The notes beneath the pieces were generated by a model. That model made no database searches. It had not been told where the DNA came from and saw only the letters and a program-made list of their open reading frames with translations. Positions 48,766 to 56,970 of a stretch of 64,000 nt of DNA are shown one piece after another (the stretch's first letter is position 1; each line of letters begins with the position of its first letter). The stretch is from assembly GCA_963713975.1 (NCBI GenBank), contig OY970218.1, positions 1,152,001 to 1,216,000 of the forward strand, given 5' to 3'. The position numbers were made by a program, and so were the translations under genes. This stretch comes from an uncultured Chloroflexia bacterium (GTDB lineage: Bacteria > Chloroflexota > Limnocylindria > Limnocylindrales > CSP1-4).

Positions 48766-48859
48766 TGATAGTTCCCTTCGTGTCTGTGGTCTCCGGCGGC
48801 GTCAGCGCGCCGCCGGAGAGGTCGCGACTCCACCCCGGGGTTCGGTCGCGTTGGGAGGA

Positions 48860-49546
48860 TCAGTCGACCGCGACGGGCTCGAGCCTTGAAGTCACGGGAC
48901 TCACCGCGGGCACGAGGCTTGAGGCGCGCTGCGCACGCCAGAGGGAGTAGCCGAGGCCGACCAAGGCGAGGCCGGTCGGGATAGCAAACAGCCGCTCATA
49001 TTGCGGAACGATGCCGGCACCGATGGCTGACAGGGTGCCCACGGCGAGGAGCGCTGACGCCCAGCGGGCGAGGACGTTGGCACGGAAGAGGGCGACCGCG
49101 AAGAGGACGCCGCCGGCGATGTAGGTGAGTCCAGTGAACATGATCGCGACCTGCATCGATCCGATGTCGCCGGTCGTCGGGCGGTTGTTTGCGATCGAAA
49201 TGACGTCGTTCACCCAGCCCGTCGAGGTGTCAGCGATGGACGGGAGCACGAGCGCGGCCACGTACTGGGTCCCCAGCATGCTCAGGTAACCGGCAGCGAA
49301 AACGACGTAGCCGATCAGGCCCAGGACGCCGATCCTGGTCACCTGGAACAAGTAGACACCGGTGATCCCGGCAAGCGCGAGAGCGGCCATGAGCAGCTTC
49401 AGCGAGTTTCGGACGATCACGTCGGTCGTGGTGATCGAGGTGGAGTCAAGGTATGGGTGGCCGATCTGGACGCCGATGAAGATGAGTCCAGCGGCGGCTG
49501 CGGCAACGGAGGCCGCCCGGAGCAGGAATCCGTGGGTGATGGTCAT
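48860..49546 (-). CDS. Hypothetical membrane protein
   Basis: 6 hydrophobic segments; RBS CAGGAG upstream. Confidence 0.75.
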   Translation of the reverse strand: MTITHGFLLRAASVAAAAAGLIFIGVQIGHPYLDSTSITTTDVIVRNSLKLLMAALALAGITGVYLFQVTRIGVLGLIGYVVFAAGYLSMLGTQYVAALVLPSIADTSTGWVNDVISIANNRPTTGDIGSMQVAIMFTGLTYIAGGVLFAVALFRANVLARWASALLAVGTLSAIGAGIVPQYERLFAIPTGLALVGLGYSLWRAQRASSLVPAVSPVTSRLEPVAVD

Positions 49547-49642
49547 TTCATTCTCCTGGGAAGTGATGGGTGAGCACCGGATCTCGGCGCGATGACTTGG
49601 GTTGGGCAAGCTCATTCCTGTCGCAGATTCACGCTCCGGCCA

Positions 49643-49861
49643 TCAATCGCCCCCTTCCAGCGTTGGGATCGACGTGAGGGCGATGACCTCGGAACCGCGC
49701 AACGCTTCCAGGAAAGGCTGGAAGCTGCCACTCACCAAGCAGGTCAGCCGGCGGCCGTTGACCTTGACTTCGCTGACCCCCGAAGCGCGCTTCAGTTGCC
49801 GCGCGGGTGGGGTGCCGACGAAGGTCACGTGAACTCGCTGCTGGAGTCGCGGTTGCGTCAT
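49643..49861 (-). CDS. Small protein resembling the C-terminal accessory domain of ABC ATPases
   Basis: RVHVTF...GVSEVKVNGRRLTCLVSGSFQPFLEAL resembles the tail of the 8130-9044 ATPase. Confidence 0.5.
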   Translation of the reverse strand: MTQPRLQQRVHVTFVGTPPARQLKRASGVSEVKVNGRRLTCLVSGSFQPFLEALRGSEVIALTSIPTLEGGD

Positions 49862-49954
49862 GCCCCGAGACTGACCACCCGTCGGGCCGCGCATATCGTC
49901 TGAATTGATGATTGGCGGTCGGTTGACCTGCTCGTCGCGTACCCTGCATGGATC

Positions 49955-52255
49955 GTGGCAAGGCCCAGGCGCCGATCCGGCAACCTTCCAGCCGAGGCGA
50001 CCAGCTTTGTTGGGCGTCGGCGTGAGCTCGCCGAGATTCGCAAGAAGCTGACGACCGCCCGAGTCATTAGCCTCGTAGGCCCCGGAGGCGTCGGCAAGAC
50101 GCGGCTGGCGATCCGCGCGGCAGACAGCCTGGGGCGTGGGTTCGCGGACGGTCCCTGGCTGGTCGAGCTTGCCGACCTGCACGATCCGGCCCTCGTGACC
50201 AACGCCGTGGTCGCCGCGCTGGACCTGCGAGATCAGACTGCAGCGGAGCCGCTCGACGTCCTCGCCACGTATCTCCAGGACAAGCAGGTGCTGCTTGTCG
50301 TCGACAACTGTGAACACCTTCTCGACGCGACCGCGCAGCTTGTGGCCCTCATCGTCCGAACGTCGACGAACGTGCGGGTGCTCACGACCAGCCGTGAGCC
50401 GCTCCAGATTTCGGGCGAGTACGTGGTTCCTGTGCCCCCGCTGGAGCTACCAGAACCCACGACGACGGCGTCGCTCGCAGAGCTGCGCCAGAACGAAGCG
50501 GTGATGCTCTTCACGGAGCGCGCTGCGGCGGCATCCGGGACGTTCGAGTTGACCGAGGCCAATCGCGCGGCGGTCGTCCAGTTGTGCCGCCGTCTGGACG
50601 GTCTGCCCCTGGCGATCGAGCTCGCGGCGGTGAGAACGAGAGCCCTGACGGTCGAGGAGATCGTCGCTCGCTTGACCGACCGATTTGCGCTGCTCACCGG
50701 CGGGCGACGGGAAGCGCTGCCGCGGCACCAAACCCTGCAAGCCACGATCGACTGGAGTCACGATCTCCTGCCGCCCGAGGAGCAAACCCTGCTGCGGCGC
50801 CTCTGTATCTTCGGTGGGTCGTTCACCGCCGAAGACGCGGGGTCGGTGTGCTCGTTCGACGAGCGATCCACCGCGGGGACCGCGGACATGCTGGCCTCGC
50901 TGATGGAGAAGTCGTTGATCGTCCGAGAGGACTTCGCGCAGCGTGCCGGCTATCGCCTGCACGAGACGATGCGTGAATACGCGCGTGTCAAGCTGCAAGA
51001 GGCCGATGAGTCGGACCTCGTCGAGGAACGGTGCCTCGAGCATTACCGAACCAGGTGCCTTGGGTCGGCGGATCAAGCTCGATATGAGCTTCTCGAGTGG
51101 CTCGAGTGGGTCGACCTGGAGATCGACAATCTCCGGGCGGTGCTGCAACGCTGCATCGCGCGCGGCGACCTCGCCCATGGGTTGGATATCGCTGCCTCGC
51201 TCGGATACTTCTGGATCACTCGCGGGACCACGGAAAGTGTGCGCTGGCTCGACCAACTCCTGCCAGCCGGCGATGCGTCTCCGGAGACGGAAGTGCGGGC
51301 GTGTCTCGTGCGCGGGCGGCTGAGCCTCCTGCGGGCCGAGTCGGCCGATGCTCGGCGCTGGCTGGCTCGCGCGGTGACAATTGCTCGCCGTGCTGGGCTC
51401 CGGTCTGAACTCGCCCAATCGCTGTCTCTCGCTGCCATGGCCGCGAACGCCGGCGGCGACGCAGCCGCCGCCGGCCGCCTCATCGACGAGGCGGCAACAG
51501 TGACGAAGGAGCTCGACGACTACCAGGCCACGATCGAGCTGTTGCAGGCTCAGGCCGTCCATGCGGTCTTTTCGGGGGCTATGCAGGAAGCCAAGGACTT
51601 CGCCACCGAAGGTGTGCGCTTGAGCCAAGCGGCTGGTGACGTCTACTACCTCGAATCTTTCCGGCGCAACCTCGCGAGTGTCGCGATGTTCGCCGGCGAC
51701 CTCGACACTGCAAAGGTGCAGACGGTCCTCGCGTTACGCCTGGCCCGGGACCCGGACAACCGAGTCGCCATGTATTACGGGTTGTCGGCTCTGGGATGGC
51801 ATGCGGCCAACTCTCGACAGCCGCGACTTGGGGCACGGCTACTGGGTGCGGCCGCGGCGATCGGCATCGGTGCCGGCGCCGACATCAGCGGGCCGTTCGA
51901 GCCATTTCTGCGTCAGGCCACGGAGTCGGCTATCTCGGTGCTGGGGAAGGCCAAGTTCGACGCCGAGTTCGGCGCTGGTAGAAGCATGAGCCGTGAGACG
52001 GCGTTGCGGCTGGCGCTCGGCGAATCCGCCGACGTCGCGGTCGATGGGACAGACGACATCGAGAGCGGACCGTTGGCGAAGCGGGAGGTCGAGGTCGCGC
52101 GCTTGATCGCGCAAGGCATGAGCAACAAGGAGATCGGAGCTCGGCTGTTCATCTCGCAGCCGACCGTGGCGACCCATGTTCGGAACATTATGAACAAGCT
52201 CGGGTACAACTCGAGGGCACAGATCGCCGGCTGGGTCGCGTCGGGAAGTCGGTAA
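49955..52255 (+). CDS. STAND-type ATPase/TPR/LuxR transcriptional regulator
   Basis: GNLP..TSFVGR, GPGGVGKT, LVVDNCEH, LDGLPLAIELAA, C-terminal LuxR HTH. Confidence 0.92.
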   Translation: MARPRRRSGNLPAEATSFVGRRRELAEIRKKLTTARVISLVGPGGVGKTRLAIRAADSLGRGFADGPWLVELADLHDPALVTNAVVAALDLRDQTAAEPLDVLATYLQDKQVLLVVDNCEHLLDATAQLVALIVRTSTNVRVLTTSREPLQISGEYVVPVPPLELPEPTTTASLAELRQNEAVMLFTERAAAASGTFELTEANRAAVVQLCRRLDGLPLAIELAAVRTRALTVEEIVARLTDRFALLTGGRREALPRHQTLQATIDWSHDLLPPEEQTLLRRLCIFGGSFTAEDAGSVCSFDERSTAGTADMLASLMEKSLIVREDFAQRAGYRLHETMREYARVKLQEADESDLVEERCLEHYRTRCLGSADQARYELLEWLEWVDLEIDNLRAVLQRCIARGDLAHGLDIAASLGYFWITRGTTESVRWLDQLLPAGDASPETEVRACLVRGRLSLLRAESADARRWLARAVTIARRAGLRSELAQSLSLAAMAANAGGDAAAAGRLIDEAATVTKELDDYQATIELLQAQAVHAVFSGAMQEAKDFATEGVRLSQAAGDVYYLESFRRNLASVAMFAGDLDTAKVQTVLALRLARDPDNRVAMYYGLSALGWHAANSRQPRLGARLLGAAAAIGIGAGADISGPFEPFLRQATESAISVLGKAKFDAEFGAGRSMSRETALRLALGESADVAVDGTDDIESGPLAKREVEVARLIAQGMSNKEIGARLFISQPTVATHVRNIMNKLGYNSRAQIAGWVASGSR

Positions 52256-52288
52256 GCTGCCAAGCAGGCGTGGTCGTGCACCGTGCCC

Positions 52289-53635
52289 TCAGCGGACACC
52301 CTTCACGGGCAGGATGGCGAACGCGCCGATGATCGCGCAGAGCCCGGCGGCTGCATAGAGCACACCGTAGCTGCCGCTGCCGATGGCCAGGATTGCGGGC
52401 GCGATCGCTGGTGCGATGGCGAACGGGACCGCGCTCGCCATGTTGAACACGCCGAGATCCTTGGCGACATCGTCGTTGTCCGGCAGCACGTCGAGCACAA
52501 GCGCGAGGTCCACAGCGAAGTACATGCCGAAGCCGAGGCCGCTGATGGCCATGCCGACCAGGAAACCGTTGAAGTCGCTGGCGACGGCGATCACGAACAG
52601 CGCGATGCCGTACACGACTGACGCGGCGAAGACGAAGATCTTTCGCCGGCCGGTCCGGTCAGTGAGCTTGCCGCCGATGAGGGAAGCGGCGATGAGGAAC
52701 ACGGACTGGGTTAGCGTGCCGAGGAAGATCTGTTGGGGCACGTCGGCCTCGGCGCTGCCGATCTTGTCGAGCAGGTAGTAGGCCAGGTACGTGACCAGGA
52801 AGGCATAGGCCAGAACGAATAGGAAGCGACTGATGAACGCCCAGGCGAAGTCCGGGCTCTTCCGCGGATCGACGTAGAACGACCTGGTGAATTCCCGGAG
52901 CGACCAGTCTGGCCTGTCCTCTCTGGCAAGCCGGCGATCGTTCAGCGTCACGGCAAAGAGCAGGATGAAGAACCCGCCGATCGCACTCGGGACCAGGAGC
53001 ATCGCGAGTTCGTTACCCGTGAAGAGTCCTACCAGAAATGTGCCGCTGACCGCCGCTATCGGCAGACAGACGCCGACGAGACCGGAGACCATGCCGCGTT
53101 GAACGGTCGGGACTTGATCCGGGATCACCGCGACCTGGGCAGCGAGGAGTGCATTGAAGGACAGCTGGGCGAGGCACCACCCGACGAGGACGACCGGGAT
53201 GGTCGGTGCCAGCCCGACGATGAGGATGCCGATGGAACCGCCCGCCAAGCCGAGGAACAGCCACGGCCGCCGCATGCCCAGCCGCGACGTTGTGCGGTCG
53301 CTCATCCTGCCGAAGAATGGATTGGCGAAGATGGCCAAGAGTGCGCCGACGCCGGCGACAAGCGCCAGGCTGTTCGGCGCCTGGTCGATCCCCACGAGCG
53401 AGTTCACCTTCAATGGCAAGGTCACGAGCAGCGGCGCCAGGAACACGAGGTTCGTTCCGATGAACGCTAGCGTGTACAGCGAGATGAAAACCCAGCCAAC
53501 CCGGTGTGCCGCCGGCGACGCTGGCGCGAGCGCGACCTCGGCTGCGGTTCGGTACGGCATCGCGTCCAGCCCGGCGGTGGGAGGCACATGGGGCTGGCTT
53601 GGCCCGCTTGGGAGCGGACCGGAAGGCTTCGGCAT
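52289..53635 (-). CDS. MFS transporter (start uncertain)
   Basis: 12 TM segments; GRMSDRTTSRLGMRRP and GKLTDRTGRRK motif A. Confidence 0.92.
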   Translation of the reverse strand: MPKPSGPLPSGPSQPHVPPTAGLDAMPYRTAAEVALAPASPAAHRVGWVFISLYTLAFIGTNLVFLAPLLVTLPLKVNSLVGIDQAPNSLALVAGVGALLAIFANPFFGRMSDRTTSRLGMRRPWLFLGLAGGSIGILIVGLAPTIPVVLVGWCLAQLSFNALLAAQVAVIPDQVPTVQRGMVSGLVGVCLPIAAVSGTFLVGLFTGNELAMLLVPSAIGGFFILLFAVTLNDRRLAREDRPDWSLREFTRSFYVDPRKSPDFAWAFISRFLFVLAYAFLVTYLAYYLLDKIGSAEADVPQQIFLGTLTQSVFLIAASLIGGKLTDRTGRRKIFVFAASVVYGIALFVIAVASDFNGFLVGMAISGLGFGMYFAVDLALVLDVLPDNDDVAKDLGVFNMASAVPFAIAPAIAPAILAIGSGSYGVLYAAAGLCAIIGAFAILPVKGVR

Positions 53636-53900
53636 TGCGCTCCCTTCAGGGGTCGGCGGATACGCAGTGTGACAGCAAGGCGGTCCGTGACCGGGCGCAG
53701 TCGTCCTCGGGCTCATCACCCGCAGCCAAGTGAGCCCGGTGTGAGGGACGGGTCGCGTAAGCCGAGCTGACGGCGCGTCGTCGCTGGGCTCTCAAGTCCG
53801 CCTGCGAGCAGCCGGCGCAGATTTCTGGCCCGATCCATTCCTATTGCCCCGCATATGGCGCATCATCGAACGCCCCTGCGGAGCAGCCGAACTGACAACG

Positions 53901-54230
53901 CTGGACAACGCACCCCCGCTGATCGAGACGAAGTTCTACGTCCCCAGGCGCCGAGGCGTGGTCGCACGTCCGAGACTGCACGAGCGTCTGTCCCGCGGGG
54001 TCGAGTCGAAGCTGTCGTTGGTCTCCGCCCCGGCAGGCTTCGGCAAGACGACGCTCCTAGCCGAATGGCTCGCCTCCGCTCCGAGCGGCCGAAGGTCGGT
54101 GGCGTGGCTCTCGCTCGACCCAGGCGACAACGAGCCCACCTCCTTCTGGGCTTACGTGATCGCGGCGCTGCAGGTGGCGGCGCCGGGGGTCGGCGCGAAT
54201 TCTCTCCCGCTGCTGCGGGACCCGCCAAGG
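53901..54230 (+). pseudogene. N-terminal fragment of a MalT-like LuxR regulator
   Basis: LIETKFYVP...ARPRL...SAPAGFGKTTLL...AWLSLDPGDNEP..FW; stops about 100 bp before site E. Confidence 0.82.
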
Positions 54231-54281
54231 GCTACTGGCGCAACCTACGACGAGACCCCGGCCGATGGCCGGGGTCTCCAG

Positions 54282-54338
54282 CGACTGACTGACTCACATG
54301 TCCCGACTCATGTGACTCATATGTCGCGACTCATGACA
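54282..54338. repeat. Short GACTCA-containing direct repeats abutting site E
   Basis: GACTCACATGTC, GACTCATGT, GACTCATATGTC and GACTCATGAC within about 50 bp. Confidence 0.75.
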
Positions 54339-54363
54339 TGGCGCGCCCGACAGGAGTCAAACC
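54339..54363 (-). repeat. att-like site E: tRNA-Arg 3' fragment
   Basis: Minus strand GGTTTGACTCCTGTCGGGCGCGCCA gives T-loop, acceptor stem 3' strand and CCA; compare tRNA-Arg(CCG) ...GGTTCGAATCCTGTCGGGCGCGCCA (from memory). Confidence 0.8.
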
Positions 54364-54676
54364 GCCGGGTACCCACTCTGGATTCAAGTCGATCCCGATC
54401 GCGGGCGCGCACGATTGGGAGGTCGGAACAATGCGCAGCGCGTAGCCGTGTTCGAGCGCTGGTCGACACCTGGACTGAAAGCTGCTGAAGCGGGACGCGT
54501 GCCATTGACAATTCGCCCAGCGAGTTCCCTGGGAGCGCGGCGCCCACAGGTTGGCGTGAACGCCCATGCCGAGATGGGAATCGGCGTCGGCGATGATCCT
54601 CACGAATCGCCCGCTCGTGCCCTCTTCGTCCGACTATCATCTGGCCATTCGGTCGGCGCCGGTTCGGGGGGCATCC

Positions 54677-55807
54677 TTGAGCTCAGAACGTTTCGACGCG
54701 TGGGGGCTCCGCGGAGCATCCCCCATCGCCGAACCGCGCCTGCGGCTGAACGTCGTATGCCCCTACTACACGATGTTTCCGCTGTCCTTCCCGCTTGCTG
54801 CGCTGGCGGACGCCCAAGTTGGTGACGCGGTTCTGGACCCATTCTGCGGGCGGGGGACGACCGCGTACGCGGCCCGGCTGCGGGGCATGAGGTCGGTGGG
54901 AGTCGACGCAGACGCTGTGGCAGTCGCGGTTGCGAGGGCGAAGCTCGCATCCGGCTCGCCTGAGCAGGTCGAGGCCCGATTAGAGGAGCTCTTGGGGACA
55001 GTGCCCATACCGGCACACGTGCCCACTGGGGACTTCTGGAAGCTGGCATTCGACCACGGGACCCTGCTGGACATCTGCCGTGTCCGGGAAGCCCTCCTCA
55101 CCCGTGACACGGCCTCCGACGTGCTGCTTCGGGCGATCCTCCTCGGCGTGCTCCACGGACCGCAATCGGTCAAAGCGCCCAACTACCTGTCGAACCAGAT
55201 GCCGCGCACGTATGCGACGAAGCCCGGACCGGCCGTGAGCTACTGGATTCGAACCGGGCACCTCGCCAGGCGCGTCAACATTCGCGAGGTGGTGCGCCGA
55301 CGTGCGCGGTACATCCTGCGCGACGTGCCGGACGTGTCCTTCGGGAGGGTGCTGCGTGGCGATTCGCGGCGCCTCCTTGACCTCGGCATAGTCGAGCGAT
55401 TCGACTACGTCGTGACTTCCCCGCCATACCTCGGAATGCGGAGCTACCGGCCCGACCAGTGGTTGCGGCACTGGTTCCTCGGCGGCCCTGAGGACGTGGA
55501 CTACGGTATGACCGACATGATGTCGCCGCGGCTCGAGTCGTTCTCATCGGAATTGGCCAAGGTCTGGCATGGGGTAGCGAAGCTGAGCAGGCCGAGAGCC
55601 TCACTGACCGTCCGCTTCGGCGCGCTTCCCAGCGTCAAGGCCGATCCGGAGCGCGTCATGCGTGCGTCCTTGGTAGACACGGGCTGGGAAGTCACCTCAG
55701 TGAGGTCCGCGGGCACGGCGTCTGCGGGCAAACGTCAGGCGAACCACATGAACAACATTGGCGAGCCGGCGGACGAGATCGACCTCCGCGCTCGCTTGAT
55801 CGCTTGA
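54677..55807 (+). CDS. Amino (N4-C/N6-A) DNA methyltransferase (start uncertain; ORF open from 54566)
   Basis: PYYTMFP (motif X), VLDPFCGRGTT (motif I), VTSPPY (motif IV). Confidence 0.88.
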   Translation: MSSERFDAWGLRGASPIAEPRLRLNVVCPYYTMFPLSFPLAALADAQVGDAVLDPFCGRGTTAYAARLRGMRSVGVDADAVAVAVARAKLASGSPEQVEARLEELLGTVPIPAHVPTGDFWKLAFDHGTLLDICRVREALLTRDTASDVLLRAILLGVLHGPQSVKAPNYLSNQMPRTYATKPGPAVSYWIRTGHLARRVNIREVVRRRARYILRDVPDVSFGRVLRGDSRRLLDLGIVERFDYVVTSPPYLGMRSYRPDQWLRHWFLGGPEDVDYGMTDMMSPRLESFSSELAKVWHGVAKLSRPRASLTVRFGALPSVKADPERVMRASLVDTGWEVTSVRSAGTASAGKRQANHMNNIGEPADEIDLRARLIA

Positions 55808-56970
55808 TGTTCGACGACGAGAGCCTGCCGCGGATCCGGGCGGCAATCCGTGAGCAAACTGTCGGCGACCGTGTCTTGCTCGACGGCATTCGCTCGGAGG
55901 TAAGGCCAGTTGCCGGGAACGTGAGAGCTATGCGCCCGCGGACCGCAACTGCCGTCTCGCTCGTTGCCAGTGATGGCGGCAACAACAAGCTCGAGTTCGA
56001 TCCGTTCTACGTCCAGCTCGTTCGGGTTGTCGATTCCTACGGGAAGGAGCTCTTCTTCGACGTGATTTCGCCGTCCACGGACACCGATGAACTCAGCAAT
56101 CGGCAGTTCGATGCCGACGGTGCCCCGCAGACAGCCCTGGGTCTCCTAATGAAGGACCTAGGGGTCGACCGACTATACCGATTGAGCCCGATGATCCCGA
56201 CCGGTAGGAAGACGCGCGAAGAACCAGAGAAGGTCGCCCCGGGTTGGGTGATGACCTACCGGGACCTGTGCGAGTGGGCGGTCCTCTACGAGCGCATCGT
56301 AACGACCAGGTTCGGCACCGACACCCTCATCGTCCGCGACGGCTTCCTTCGCTCGAAGGTCTTCTCAGGCGACCTGTTTGTCAAGATGGGCGAGCATGTG
56401 CAGGCAGCGATCGACCGGATCTACCGCCAGGATCGACTCCGGGTCTTTCTCGTCGGACTGGCTAAGCACAGCCAAGTGCTCACGCGATACAGCCTTGCGA
56501 TGGCCATCGAGGGCACTCTGCCTCCTGGTGAGCCCAGGTACCTCCCGATTCCACGAGAGATGGAGGCTCGGGCGTACCGCTGGTCTGAGTACGCCCGTGG
56601 GCGCGAGGACGAGGCTGCCAGGGAGGGTGAAGCCGCCAAGTTCGTCCTTGGTTCGATGTACTTTGCCCGCTTCGGGAAAATGGCTGGCGACCCGGTGTGG
56701 GCGATCGACCTCCTAAGCTCCCAGACTGGGGCGGCGGCGGAGATCTTCGGCTATCTACTGCAGGATGCCATCGATGGTTTCCCGGTCCCGTACTACCCGC
56801 GGTGCCTGCAGCGCGCCCACGAGCACGCTCAGATCGTCGACTTCGACCTCCAGATACTTCAGGACGAGGTCTATCGGGCCGTCCGAGACCTTCTCCCTGG
56901 TGACAAGCAACCGGTACTCGACGCGCTGCAGCTGGGCGTGGGCGATGTCGCCGCAAGGAGGTATGGGTGA
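55804..56970 (+). CDS. NurA-family nuclease
   Basis: ASDGG, RDLCEW, IVRDG, VGLAKHS and YPRCLQRAHEHA match the NurA motif order (DGS/E/DG/K/YP..L..AH). Confidence 0.8.
   Translation: MMFDDESLPRIRAAIREQTVGDRVLLDGIRSEVRPVAGNVRAMRPRTATAVSLVASDGGNNKLEFDPFYVQLVRVVDSYGKELFFDVISPSTDTDELSNRQFDADGAPQTALGLLMKDLGVDRLYRLSPMIPTGRKTREEPEKVAPGWVMTYRDLCEWAVLYERIVTTRFGTDTLIVRDGFLRSKVFSGDLFVKMGEHVQAAIDRIYRQDRLRVFLVGLAKHSQVLTRYSLAMAIEGTLPPGEPRYLPIPREMEARAYRWSEYARGREDEAAREGEAAKFVLGSMYFARFGKMAGDPVWAIDLLSSQTGAAAEIFGYLLQDAIDGFPVPYYPRCLQRAHEHAQIVDFDLQILQDEVYRAVRDLLPGDKQPVLDALQLGVGDVAARRYG

Noticed and set aside
54282-54338. GACTCA repeats as a mini-CRISPR
   Set aside because: Units are only 6-12 bp and have no spacers.
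54339-54408. Possible complete tRNA on the minus strand (GCGCCCG...CGGGCGCGCCA can pair as an acceptor stem)
   Set aside because: Only 70 nt, with no D-arm or anticodon arm and a T-stem that does not pair. Treated as a 3' fragment.
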